A stretch of DNA of 64,000 nucleotides. It comes from Isurus oxyrinchus (taxonomy: Eukaryota). Below, in pieces: positions 51,381 to 64,000 of this stretch. Position 1 is the first letter of the stretch. The number at the start of each line of letters is the position of its first letter. The DNA lies in contig JANJGN010000013.1 of the NCBI GenBank assembly GCA_026770705.1, positions 121,148,001-121,212,000 on the forward strand, read 5' to 3'. The notes under the pieces were generated by a model, which saw only the letters and a list, made by a program, of their open reading frames with translations, did not search any database and had not been told where the DNA came from. The position numbers and the translations under genes are program-made.

Positions 51381-53414
51381 AATAGAACAAAAACCCTCTT
51401 TCCTCAGAAGGACAAATATAAAACCACATAGAATCATTCTAAATCAAAGCACTGGCACTTTCTGGATTACGTCCTTGCTCGGGTCAAAGATTTAAGTGAT
51501 GTCTGTATTACTTGATGTATGTGGGGGAGTGATGCCTGATAGACAGATCATAAACTTGTTTAACTTGCCCACGACTCTTGAATTTCTTAACTTCCTCTCT
51601 GCTTCCTTGTTTTGTTTTTACACGTCTGCTTGCCGTAATAGTTTAAAATTTCTCAAACAGCACGAGTTACTCACCCAGCAAGATCATTGGTCTCATTTTC
51701 TGTGCAGATGAAGGCTGCCCATCCTGTACAAGTCACTTGTGTCCCAGAACTAGTGTTAATGCCCCATAAATTTGAAACTTTCCCTCCTACATAATTTCTC
51801 CAGTCACACATGTGCTCCATTTTCTTACCATTCCAAAACTGGCATATGACATTTGCACTAAATCCTACCCTGAGGTCCCTCACTTCAGTCTTCACCTAAT
51901 TCCTGTAAATAAGCCCTTTTGCAAGACTTGAATTATGTTCCTTCCAAGGTGATCGGTTCCATTGTAAACCATAACTTATGTTCGTTTCACTTTTTTATCC
52001 AAAATTGTTTGCATCCACTCTGTTATATCCCTTACCTGGTTTTTGGGATCTGGTATACCATTTAGGATTCTCTCCAAATTCATCTGTCCTATTTACAGGA
52101 TTACTAATACACTTCTGCGTCATTGCACTCTTCCCCCCTTACCCTGCAGGCACTAGCTCCATGGTTTCATGGTGTATTTTATGATTGTCGTCGACTTCTG
52201 AGATGTTGCTGCCATTGCAAATATTTGCTACAGGTTGTCCATTTGTCAAGTTAACACATTTGGAATTTACACTGCCTCCCATGTCCTCTTTCTAACACTA
52301 GAAGGAAGTCCAAATAGGAAGTCCAAATTGTAACACAAGTCTCGCAAGTAGGCATACACTAGATCAAATGGTAGATTATTAAATATTCCATTAGTAACAT
52401 TGGCATTTTGTTCTGTTGTAAGTTTACCATTTTCTTCGGCAGCTTATCAAGGAGCAGGTAACTTTCAGTTGAATGGAACGAGTGGAAATATCTTCGCTGG
52501 TTTACTTTTAGCTAGTTAAGGGCTAAAACTAAGTACTGTATTTTACACTTAAAAATTAGAAAATGTAGGCCAGAAGGAATGTTTTGATACATGCAGTTTA
52601 ACAGTTCTCCTGCAGAATTATCTTCTCTAATTTCAAAGATTACCCCAAATCATTCTGCTGCAGTGACATTTGCTTTCTTGGAGACTTGGCTATATGTAAT
52701 GACAGCTTGCGATGGAGAATGAAAATAATGCGAGATTTACAGCCACAGCTGAGTTCAAGTTCAATTTTCTTTTTAAATGAAATTCCAAATGAATGTTGTT
52801 GATGTTTTTCTAAATTTATTCTCAGGAGGTGGATGGTGCCGGCAAGGTCATCTTTATTGCTTATCCCTGGTTACTCATGGAAGGTGATGGTGGGCTACCA
52901 TCTTAAATCAGTGCAGTCCTTGTGAAAGCATTAGGTCACGAATTCCAAGGTTCTGATCCAGCAACAGTGATGTATGCCCAAGTCAGCATGGTGTGTACTT
53001 GGAGGGTAATTTAGAAATGGTGTGACTTCCCATGATGTTGCTGCTCTTGTTTTCTTGCTGGTAAAAGCCACAGAGCTGAGAGGTGCTGTCATGATTGCAG
53101 TTGTTCCATTCTAGGTTAATTTTTCTGATCGCTAGAAGGAGTGCACTCAGCAGCAGCCAGCCTTACCAAAATACAACAATACCACTCACATCAGAGGCAC
53201 ACCATATAAAGGTTAACGCTTATTCTCCATAATCCACCTTCTAAGAGGCTTTAATTCGAGCTATAACAGCTGACTGTTAGACAGGAACCTGTGCCATCTA
53301 ATGTTTAAAGGTACTGCACAGAACATAGCAAGTTAGATTTCATTAAAATAAGTCAAAACTAGATATAGTTTCGATTTGCATCATATTATTCTTCTTTCTG
53401 TTTTTTTCCTCCAG

Positions 53415-53520
53415 TCGCTGGTGCTGATTTCTCGACTTCCTTTTGTGAACCTCTTCCATTCTCTGCTGCAACTGGTTGCACCTGAATACTTTGAGAAACT
53501 GGAGCCTTGTCTAGAGGCAG
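53415..53520 (+). CDS. DENND6B: DENND6B coding exon 6 (gene continues past the window)
   Basis: Acceptor tttttcctccag|, 106 nt encoding [35 protein letters not shown]+G, donor |gttaga. Phase 0-1. No exon 7 recognised before 64000. Confidence 0.93.
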
Positions 53521-53689
53521 GTTAGAGCATTTCTAGGAATGTTACAATTGTGACAAGCAGCAAACTCAGAATACCCACATAAAATTAATGTGTCTGTCCT
53601 TCCAGAGACATATTATTTTATGTTCAAACTTAGCATATAGAAAATTCACATTACCCCATTTAAGTTTCTAAGGGCAAATAACTTGTAGG

Positions 53690-55520
53690 AATTTAAAAAG
53701 ACAATAAGATCACAAAGACAGCCTTTTCACTAAAACCTCCAATCCTTTTTCTCTCTAGGAATGCACCTAAATACCCTCCAAACTAAGTTTTTTTGCAACC
53801 AGTCTTCATAATTTAACCCTTTAAGCCCTTGGCTATTCTGAAGAATATGCAATCCACAATCCTTCATCTCTCCAAGGGCGATATATCCTTTCGAATGCAC
53901 AGTGTCTATATTGAACACAGTACTCCACATGGAGTCTGGGCAAGGCTCTATACAACTGAAGCATAATTTAGTCACTTTTGTATCCCAGTCCCTTTAAGAT
54001 AGAGGTCAGTATTCCATTAACCTTCCTGATTATATTTTTTTGTCCTTTTCCATTAGCTGTGCTCATGGACACCCAAATCCTTTGTTCCTTCACAGGTTCT
54101 AGTTTCTTGTCATTTAGAAAATATAAATATTTGTCTTGAATCAAAAGGGCTGATTTCACAATTCTCCACATTGAACCTCATCTCCTATAGTTTTGTCCAT
54201 TCACATAGTCTGTGTGTCCCTTTGTAACTTCCTTCTTTCATCTACACAGTTTATTGTGTTTCCTAAGTTGGTTTTATTTGTTAACTTGGAAATCTAACTC
54301 TCTTCTTTCACCCAATTCATTTTTTTATTACGAAAAGCAGACATCCCTGTTCAGGTGCCTGGGAAACACTACTTGTTACATTCCACCAATCAGAGTACAT
54401 TTCCTTTATGTCCATATTCTGGATCCTAACTTACAACAATTAACCAACCCATGTCACAAGGTTACCTCCAATTTTATGTGCTTTTGTTTTCGCAGAACTG
54501 TAACAAATGCCTTTTATAGACAACATCTATAGGTGCTCTACTGTGCTTCGTGTTTGTGACCTCATCAGAAAAATTCAGCTAGATATAACCTATCCTACAG
54601 AAATTTACAGACATTCCTTGATCAGCTTTGTATTCTTCATTATTTGACTTGTCTCCTACTTTTGGATTATCTGCAATCTTGAAGTTTTTAATCTACTAAA
54701 AATCTTAACTGCATGCATTTCTCATCTACAATACCTTACTTCTTATTATCAATTTATTGTCACAATTTTATGTCAACTTTGCCATTATAAATTCCCTACA
54801 TTCACATCTTTAACGGAAGCTGCTGATGTATAGTTGTCACGTTGTTATTGCACAATTTAGTCACTGGGTGGAGGCATATTAGCTTTTGAACATTTTTAGA
54901 CACTGCCTTTCTGGAAATTTTCAGACACTAGCATATTTTCTGTTCAAGTATGTTTTGGTTTAAAATTCTAATTTTTCCGTTACAATTTAGAGCCGCAGAA
55001 TCTTGCCACTCATAAGCCCTTGGCCCAACATGCCTGGGCTGGCTCTTTGGAATAGCTGACCAATTTCGTCCCTCATGCCAGCCTTTTCTCTATAACCCTG
55101 CAAATTAGACCTCTTCAAGTACACGTCCAGTTACCTTGTGAAAGTTGGTAAGGAATCTGATTCCACCACAGTTTCAGATAGTGTTTTCAAGATGTTAATC
55201 CCTTGTGTGGGGGAAAAAACTCTTAATTTCCCTTCTAGTTCTCTTGCCAACTATTTTAAATTTGCGACTTCTGGTTACTGAGCCATTTACCAGAGGGAAT
55301 ACTTTCTCTGTACTTGTTCTATCAAAATCCTGCGGAATTCTAAATATGCCTGTTAGGTATCCCCTTAATCCTCTGTGCTGTTAGGAGAACAATCCCAGTT
55401 TCTGCAACCTCTCTACGTAACTGAAATTCCTAATCCCTGGTATAATCCTGGTAAACCATCTCTGTATCCTCTCTAAGGTCTTGACATAATTCCAAGAGTG
55501 TAGTGCCCAGAATTGCTCAG
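53690..55520 (-). mobile_element. Two antisense CR1 fragments (~53690-54640 and ~54990-55520)
   Basis: Antisense CR1 ORF2 C-terminal motifs (GLKGLNYEDWL, KVNGIL) and a CR1 3' end. Confidence 0.65.
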
Positions 55521-55544
55521 TGGAAGCAGCATGTGATGTTCAGA

Positions 55545-57440
55545 GCAAAGCAATCCCGCAACCAAAATATCAGATCAAAGCTCTCCATTCCTGTCACATC
55601 CAGTTGTGAATGGTGGCGGACAATTAAACAACTAGCAGAAGAGGAGGCTACACAAGTATCCCCTCCTCAATGATGGGGGAGCCCAGTACATCAGTGTAAA
55701 AGATGAGGCTGAAGCAGTGCCATGTGGATGATCCACCTCTGCTTCCTCCTGAGGTCCCCAGCCTATGCCCAGCAGATGCCAGTCTTTAGCCAATTTGATT
55801 CACTGCAAGTGATATTAAGAAACGGCTGAAGGCACTGGATACAGAAAAGGCAACAACCCCACCGAAGAGTTGTGTCCCAGAACAAACTATTCCAGTATAT
55901 CTACAACACTGGCATCTATCTAACAATGTGGAAAATTGCCCAGGTATATCCTGTGCACAAAAATAGACAAATCCAACCAAGCCAGTTACCAATGCACTAC
56001 TCTACTGTCAAATATCAGAAAAGTAATGGAAGGTGACAGTATAATCTAAATGGTACTGTTCTGAGTGGGGAGCAAGAACAGAAGGACCCTGGGGGTAGAT
56101 GTTCACAAATCTTTGAAGATGGCAGTGCAAGATGATAAGGTGGTTAAGAAAGCATATGGGATTCTTGTCTTTATAACAATACAATTCAACACAAAAAACA
56201 AGGAAGTCATTCTAAACATAGGAACATAGGAGCAGGAGTACGCCATTCGGTCCATCGACCCTGCTCTGCCATTCAAACAGACCATGGTGATCGTCTACCT
56301 CAATGCCATTTTTCCCCTACTATCTCCTTATCCCTTGATGTCTTTAGTATCCAGAAATCTATTGATTTTTGCCTTGAACAGGCTTAATGATTGAGCTTCC
56401 ACCGCCCTCTGGTGTAGAGAATTCCAAAGATTCACCACTCTGTGAAAAAATTATTCCTCATCTCAGCCTAGAATAGCCTACCCTTATCCTGAGATTATGT
56501 CCCCTGATTTTAGACTCATCAGCCAGGGGAAGCATCTTTTCTACATCCACCCTGTCACGCCCTGTAAGAATTTTGTAAATTTCAGTGAAGTCACCCTCAT
56601 TCTTCAAAACTCTAGGGAATGCAGACTCAGTCTCTCAATCTCTCCTCATAAAACAATCCTACCATACCAGGGATTAATCCAGTGACCTGTACAAATTATC
56701 TGGAGTACTATGTACAATTTCATCTGTATTTGTTCATTGGATGTGAACGTCACTAGTAAGGCCAGCATTTGTTGGCTATCCTCAATTGCCCTTGAGTAGG
56801 TGGTGGTGAGCTGCTTTTTAGTACCACTGCAGTCCATGTGGTCTGTGTACACCCACAGTGTTGTTAGGAGGGAGTTCCAGGTTTTTGACCCTATGACAGT
56901 GAAGGAGTGGCAATATGGTTTCAAGTCAGGATGTTGTGTGGCTTGTAGGGGAGCTTGCAGTTGATGGTGTTCCATGTTGCTCTTGTTCTTTTTGGTAGTA
57001 GAGATTGCAGGTTTGGAACCTTGTGTCAAAGGAAGCTTGGCGAGTTGCTGCAGTGCATCTTTTAGATGGTACACACTGCTGCCACTGTGTGTCAGTGGTG
57101 GAGGGAGTAGATGTTTAAGATGATGGACAGTCGCTGAAGAAGCAAGTTGCTTTGTCCTGGATGGTGTCGGGCTTCTTGAGTGGTGTTGGAGCTGTACTCA
57201 TCCAGGCATTTGGAGAGTTCTCCATCACACTCCTGATTTGTGCCTTGTAGTTGGTTGACAGGTTTTGGGGAATAAGGAGCTGAGTTGCTCACCTCAGAAT
57301 TTCCAGTCTCTGAACTGCTCGTGAAGCCACAGTATTTATATGGCTGCCCCAATTCAGTTTCTGGTCAATGGTAACCCCTCCCCCCAAGATTTTGATGGTG
57401 GGGGATTCAGCAATGTTAATGCCATTGAATGTCATGGGGA
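55545..57440. mobile_element. Patchwork of LINE fragments: 55545-56040 (+), 56040-56215 (+), 56215-56690 (-), 56727-57440 (-)
   Basis: Segments match the 840-3397 family and CR1/HER1 3' ends. A (aacatagg)n tail lies at 56215. Confidence 0.7.
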
Positions 57441-58135
57441 GATTTTTTCTGATTGGTTCATTGTCTTGCTTTGGTTTTCTAATTGTGTTTCACAGAAATA
57501 CCAAACAAATAAAATAATAAGGAAAAAAATGTACTCCTACTTATCTGCAATTGTAGATGCTTGTTTGAAAGTCCACATAAAATCAGAAACAGCAAAATAT
57601 ATGGCGATAAATCCTAACTTACCCTGTTAGCTAACTAGCTCTTCTTTCCTTTGCTTGCATCTACCTCTGAGACAATATCAGCATAGGTGCTGCTTCAGTA
57701 GTAATCTGCTGCTTTAGGTCTTGGGGGTTGGTTCTTGGTTCCCAAGTCTTCCTTTCTATCTTTTTTTATTTTTTTCATGGTATCTGGGTGCTGCTGACCA
57801 GGCCAACATTTGTTGCACATTCCAGATTGCCCTTGCATTGAATGGCTTGCTAGGCCAGTTCAGGGGGCATTTAGGAATCAGTCACATCGCTGTCTGCTTG
57901 GAGTCACATGCAGGCTAGATCGGGTAAGGATGGCAGATTTCCTTCCCTAAAGGACATTAGCCCTTAGGACCATCCTTGGCCCTTGCCTGCCATTCATTCC
58001 CCACCCTGATCTCCTACACCTCCACTTGACTTGAGCAATATAGTGGGATACCACATAAATGACAACACTGAAAAACTTGTTTGGCTGATACGACTTGTGT
58101 CTGGTGCTACTATTCTAATACAATTTTGTTTTATA

Positions 58136-58811
58136 GGGCAGAATTTTATGAGTCAGCGAGCAGGGGCGGGGCCCTCTTGCAGACGCGTAAAATGATGAGC
58201 GGTGATGTCGGGGGGGGACTCCCAACGTCACCGCACCCGATTTAAATTTTCAGGAAGGCGGGAGCGCAGCGAGATCAGCTGTGCGCCCACCGACCTGTCA
58301 GTGGTCAATTGAGGCCATTGATAGGGTCAATTAAATAACTAAAGGAGCCCCGGCGGGAACTAGAAAAAACATGAAACCTCATCCATGGTGGGATGAGGTT
58401 TCATGTCGGCTTTAAAAAATTTTAATAAAGATTTTGTAAAAATTATGGACATGTCTCAACTTATGTGACATTGTCACATGAGGGGCCATGTAAGGGAAAT
58501 TTCACTTTTCTATTTTTGTGTTTTTTTGAATGTACAGCCGATCTCCCTGAGGCTGCACTTAGCTTCAGGGAGATGAGTGCACTCTTTTGTGCACATGTGC
58601 GAAAGAGCGCACTCTCGATTTTGGGATTCACCCCGCCCGCACAAGGAGTGCAAAGCGCTTCCGTGCAGACGTCATGCCGGGTTGGCCTTAATTGGCCTGC
58701 CCACGTAAAATGGCGGCGCACCTCCATTCGGGGGCGTCAATCGGAAGCGTGTCTGTAAGCACCTGCCCATCATCTTCACCCCCACCCCGCGACAGGGGAA
58801 AAATTCAGCCC
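58136..58811. mobile_element. Harbinger-type MITE
   Basis: TIRs gggcagaatttt / aaaattcagccc, ATA on both flanks. Confidence 0.82.
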
Positions 58812-58814
58812 ATA

Positions 58815-59522
58815 GGGCAGAATCTTCTGGCTGGTGTGTGGGTGGTGAAGCCCGTACGCCAGTGCTTAAAATGTCGAGTGCAGACGTTGCGCGAGTTCCG
58901 GACATCAGCGCGAGGCACCGTGATATTTTGGTTGGTGGGCGCGCTATGCACCGGGACACACACCCGCCATTAATTAAAGGTCTCGTTAAGGCCCTTAACT
59001 TGCCATTTGTCGGCGATTTTGAGGGGCCCATATGAACTTAGCCTCGGTGCATGGGCCCAACGGGCAGGCTAGGTGATTTTTTTACAAAACTCATCTAGTG
59101 GCAGGATGAGGTTTGATAGCGGTTTTAAAAACGTTTAATAAAGTTTTTGTTTATTTCATTAACATGTCCCATCTCGTGTGACATTTTCACATGAGGGGGA
59201 CATGTTAATGAATTTTTTCTTTTTCTTTTTTTTATATTTGCCGGCCTTTCAGCAATCTCCCTGAGGCAGCATTTTGCCTCAGGGAGATGTGCACTCTTTC
59301 CTGCCCATGTGCGAAAGAGCGCACTCTGACAGTTGGGGAATCCCCCCTCCCCCACCGCACAGGAAGCGCATGGTGCATCCCATCAGGCGGCCCGCTGGGC
59401 GGACCTTAATTGGCCCGCCCACTTAAAATGGCAGCGGAGCCCATTTCAGTGGCTGCGATCAGTTGCCCGCCCACCGCCGAGCCGGTGGGGCCCACCTGCC
59501 CATCAAGGGCAAAATTATGCCC
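58815..59522. mobile_element. Harbinger-type MITE, adjacent to the previous one
   Basis: TIRs gggcagaatctt / aaaattatgccc, ATA on both flanks. Confidence 0.82.
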
Positions 59523-61034
59523 ATAGTCTTTTTTTCAAATGCTTATCCAATTCCCTTTTTAAAATATGTGATAGCCTGTGCCTTAGTGTGAAATTAGAGG
59601 GTATTGTAAATTTTGAGGACAATTGCAGTAGGATATAAACAGTGTGGCGGAATGGGTGGTTAGGGTTAGATGTAGTTTGGACAGAGTAAAGAATTGCAGA
59701 ATTTGGAATGCAGATATTTATATCTTTAAACATAGAAGTGTCGTTAAATAGACGTTCTAGATATACATGGAGCATTGAATATAAAAATAAGTAAGTGATC
59801 TTGAATTTGTCCATGACATTGGTTAGGCTATTGTTAAAATACTGTGTGTTGTTTTGACTACCACATTATAGGGTTAGTGCTGGAACTATGAAATGGGAAT
59901 GTGACCGGGAATAAAAGGTTAAAAGTTATGAAGAAAAGCTCAAAGAATATTGTTGTTTCTCATGTGGACAGAGATGATTGGGGGGGTGGGGATGGGGCGG
60001 TACATAATAGAGGTCATAAAATGATGACAGGTTATGGGTAACTGGGCATTAAATTATCACCAGAAGATTATCACCAGAAGAATAAAAGTGAATGTTAAAG
60101 TAACATTTTCCACAGCGAATAGCAAATATTTTTGGTGAAGCAGATATTTTCAATTGTTTTGCTGCTTCACCTTACTTATTCTTAACTCCTCCTTAAGTAC
60201 TCAGACTTGTGCCTTTCTGTTTCATTAATTTAAATCCTCCTACATTCTCCAAATGGATATTGATGCTGGTTTTGTTCAGAGGAAGCCCATCTTTTCTGTG
60301 GAACTTACTGTCCTCCAGAACCCATGCCATTGCCCTATGAATCTGAAACACTCCTTTCTATACTAACTGGCAAGCTACATGTTGATGTTTCTAAATGCTT
60401 CTCTCTATCTGGCCTAGTGCATGACCCCAGGAATAATCTGAAGATTACTGCCTTGAGTGGTGTGATTTGCTGCTTTTCAAACTAACGTATAATTCTTCAA
60501 ATTCCTTTTGCAAGACCTTAATCCTACTCTTTTGTCTAATTGTTCCAATGTCAACCACATCTTCCGATTGCTCAGCTTCTTTCCAAAATATGCATAACCT
60601 CACCATGCTACAACTTACCTGGCATCTTATTTGAAACTTGATTTGGAACTTTTAGGCACAAGTCTAGAAAATGCTAACCAGCCCTCTAATGGAATTCCAC
60701 TACCGCTAGTTTTTCCTTGACATTCACATGTATTTTTCCCCTTCCTGGGTAAGCACTTGCTTGAACATGTCATGGTGTTGCTTTTGATCAGTATTCCTGT
60801 GTCACACACTTCTTGCCGGCATTCTAAGTATCCAGCATTGTAAACCAAATTGGCCATAATTAAAGGGAATATGATAGTATGGATATGAAGTTTTCTAAAG
60901 GCTGTTTCCAAAAAAGACCTTTTGTTTTTTAGGTGACTTATCTTGTGTGTGGGGAGATTTGAACTTGGATCCCCAGAGCATTACCTTAGGTCTCTGGAGT
61001 ACTGGTCCAGTGACAATACCACTATGTCACCACC

Positions 61035-62220
61035 TCCCCAAGGCACAAATTGGGAGTATGATAGAAAACTCTCCACTTGCCTGGACGAGTTTGGCTCCAA
61101 CAACACTCTAAGATTGACACCACCCAGGACGAAGTGGCCAGCTTGATTGGCACCCTTTCACAAAGATTCATTCCCTGCACCACCAATGAACAGTGGCAGG
61201 TGTGTACTATCTAAAAGATGCATTGCAGAAACTTACCAAGGCTCTTTAGGCAGCACCTTCCAAGCCCACAACCGCTACCATCTAGAAGGACAAGGGCAGC
61301 AGACACATGGGGCAGAATTCCCCCCCCCCCCACCCCCAATTAGGGGGGGAAGAGTTGAAGAGCAGATGCATGGAAGTGCACCTCCAACCGGCGCCCCCGA
61401 TTGAGGGCACGCTGCCATTTTATGTGGGCGGGCTAATTAAGGCCCGCACAGCGTGATGTCCACAGGGAAGCACTCTGCGCTCCCTGTGTGGGCAGGGGGG
61501 GGGGTCCCTCAGCAGAGAGTGTGCTCCTTCGCGCATGTGCACAAAAGGGCGCACTCATCTTTCTGAGGCAAAGTGCTGCCTCAGGGAGATTGGCTCTACA
61601 ATAAAAAATAGAGAAAAAAGAATCCCCTGACATGTCCCCACATGAGCTGGGACATGTCCATAACTTTTAAAAACACTTTAAATAAATTTTTAAAAACCTA
61701 CATGAAACCTCATCCTGCCTTTGGATGAGGTTTCATGTTTTTTCTAATGCCCACTAGGGCTTCTGGCCTGCCTGCCAACCTTAAGGTTAATTACTTAAAT
61801 AACTCTGTCAATGGCCTCAATTGGCCATTGACAGGCTGGTGGGCGCACAGCTGATTTTGCTGAGCCCCCACCTACCTGAAAATTTAAGTGGGGTGCGGTG
61901 ATGTCGGGAGTTCCACCTGATGTCACTGCGCGTCATTTTACACCCCCCGGCCCCTGCTCGCCAGCAGGAAATTCCTGGCCATAGGATCACCACCACCTGG
62001 AAGTTCCCCTCCAAGTCACTCACCATCCTGATTTGGAAATATATCGCCAATCCATCACTGTTGCTGGGTCAAAATCCTGAAACTCCCCTCCCTAACAGCA
62101 CTGTGGGTGTACCCACACCACAGGGACTGCAGCGGTTCAAGAAAGCAACTTATTGCCAGCTAAGGATGGGCAATAAATGCTGGCCTAGTCAGCAAGCCCC
62201 CATCCTGTAAATGAATAAAA
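61035..62220 (+). mobile_element. CR1-group LINE 3' end (840-3397 family), split by a MITE
   Basis: The sequence agggcagcagacacatg resumes as ggatcaccaccacctgg at 61984. 3' end ggcaataaatgctggcctag...aatgaat. Confidence 0.8.
61310..61980. mobile_element. Harbinger-type MITE
   Basis: TIRs gggcagaattc / aaattcctggcc, 3-bp flanks atg/ata. Precisely interrupts the LINE. Confidence 0.82.
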
Positions 62221-62699
62221 AAAGAACCAATATGGAATGCTGGAAATCAACAGTGAGTCACTCAGCATATTTAGTACTGATACCTACCTCATAATTTCAT
62301 AACTTTTCTCATGCTGACATGCCTGCTGTGTACTTCCAATATTTTCTTTTAAATTTGTGATTTTAGCATTTGCTGTTTTCCCTTTGTATTTTATATCCAT
62401 GCTGCTACATTCTTTTTAACACCTCACGATTTAATTTTTATCAATAAGCATTCTATGCAACAGCAATGTCACTTTAAGTAGCTTTTGAAAACCCCTTTAC
62501 ATAATATTGACTAACATGTTATCAATACAGTGTTATTCCTTCAGGAGCTATTAGATTTATCAATCTAGAAATTTGTGCTGATTTTAATTAACCCATGTCT
62601 TTCTAAGTGATCAAAATCCTCAAGGGGATAAAGAAGATAAAAATCAATATGCTTAACATGTTTACAGGTTGCACAACAGGACATAGCCTCAAATGTGGA

Positions 62700-64000
62700 A
62701 TAGGGATGGTGACAATCGTCCCAGATTTGCAATTAGTGCGGTAGTGGGTGGAAGAAACATTTTATCTGCCGGCCGCAATGGCAGCTTCTCACACCGTTTA
62801 ATCCCAAACCCGCCGCATTAATTATGCATTCCTGGGAAACACGCCGTTTCCATGGCTGGTGGGCTCTCATTCGCCCACCATGCCATCACCTCGCTGCTTC
62901 ACTGTGTCAGACACCATACTTAAAGTGCAGCCATGTGCACATCTCTCAGTGCTTCCAGCCTGCGACTGCTGCACAGAAGACAGGATGGCCCCGAAAGTCA
63001 AAAAGACTGCAGTCTCCTGCTTCAATGACGTATCCCTTGAGCGCCTACTGAATGCCGTGGAGGCCTGCTGTGGTCACAGGATGGACAGTTGCATTACCAA
63101 TCCAGCATGGGAGGCAGTGGCAGCGGTGGTCAGCGGCAATGCCTTGCGAAAGAGGACAGCCACCCAGTGCTGCTGCAGGATGAATGGTCTCATCCATTGT
63201 GCTAGGGTAACTCACTCTCAACTCACGCACTGTCAAACCCATCACATCCACAGGGATCTCACACCACAAGGGACAACTCCACTAACTCTCTCACACAGCC
63301 TCACATCTCTATCAGGCTCATATCCTCTCGAGCTCAGGTGCTCATCCAGTCCATGGCTCCGCTCACCACACAAACATTCCATGTAGTGCCATGTGTCGTG
63401 CTCACACACTCTCCATCTGTTTCCACGCAGAAGAAGCCTGCACACATCAGCCTGAAGAGTTCCCAGATCGGGGTTGGAGTGGCTCAGATTAGCCCCTTTT
63501 CTCACTTTGAGGACTGTGTCATTGTGCCGACTGGCGAGTACATGGACGGTCCCTGCATTGACAGTGAGGTCAGAGGTGAACATCCTCATGAGAATCCTGT
63601 ACCACATCATCCCTCTCCTGCTTTTGACTCTGCTGCCATGCACTAATTATCTCTTCTTTGGTTCACAGGGAGCTCTGCCAAGCGACCAACACTGTCAGCC
63701 AGCCGGTCCCTCAGCTCCATCCATGTCCTCACCTCCAGCAAAGTGGACTTCTCCTCCATTGTAGAGCTGGAAATCAGCAGCCTGGAAGACCCTTCAAAGT
63801 GCTTACGCACACCCTCCACCTGCACAGAAAGGCACACCTTGGTGGGACCCAGATCTAGAGCAAGCTTGGGTTCACAATCTGGTGGTCACCACACAGACAC
63901 ATGTCCTCAGCAGGAGGAGGCAGGTTCGGCTGAGCTCGCTGGCACTCGGAGGACAGCTGGGGAAGAGGCATCTGTGAGGTCTGAGTCAGATGACGAGCCT
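62700..64000 (+). mobile_element. PIF/Harbinger transposon with a decayed, intron-containing Myb/SANT-like gene
   Basis: From ATG 62985: MAPK...FNDVSLERLLNAVE...AWEAVAAVVS...KRTATQC..RMNGL, then AGG|gtaact at 63206. Acceptor ccacgcag| at 63431 gives KKPAH...QIGVG...FED (TGGG-like motif). Runs off the window. Confidence 0.75.

Noticed and set aside
52302-52328. Short tandem duplication aggaagtccaaat x2 (a similar case lies at ~60053-60080)
   Set aside because: Ordinary slippage-type duplications with no wider structure.
18371-53520. Assignment to DENND6A
   Set aside because: Diagnostic residues ([35 protein letters not shown]) match DENND6B.
1-64000. CRISPR array, operon, retron or other prokaryotic system; tRNA or rRNA genes
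   Set aside because: There are no regularly spaced repeats or operon-like ORFs. All RT motifs belong to eukaryotic retroelements, and the tRNA-like sequence is limited to decayed SINE heads.

Overview
Vertebrate (eukaryotic) genomic DNA, very probably from a shark or other elasmobranch. This is inferred from the CR1/HER1-type LINEs, Deu-domain SINEs and Penelope tails. The only firmly identified host gene is DENND6B (+ strand): a CpG/NRF1-motif promoter at ~18.2-18.4 kb and six coding exons (18371-53520) with canonical, phase-matched GT-AG junctions. The gene continues beyond the window. Most other sequence is transposon-derived: CR1-group, L2 and RTE LINEs, Gypsy remnants and a solo LTR, hAT, Tc1/mariner and Harbinger-type MITEs, a Harbinger Myb/SANT gene, and Penelope-like elements (PLEs). 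Items most worth follow-up: (1) a young Neptune-type PLE with a single frameshift, whose minimal hammerhead ribozyme carries a non-canonical CUGUCGA core shared by all its copies here; (2) a 100-bp-arm PLE-tail palindrome with a TSD; (3) an unidentified candidate multi-exon gene on the minus strand at 4.9-6.5 kb; (4) an RFX X-box plus splice donor at 12.3 kb; (5) a degenerate telomere-like tract and local direct and inverted duplications. I found no prokaryote-type system, rRNA, tRNA gene or CRISPR array. TE boundaries without a stated TSD are approximate, and all family assignments are by eye.
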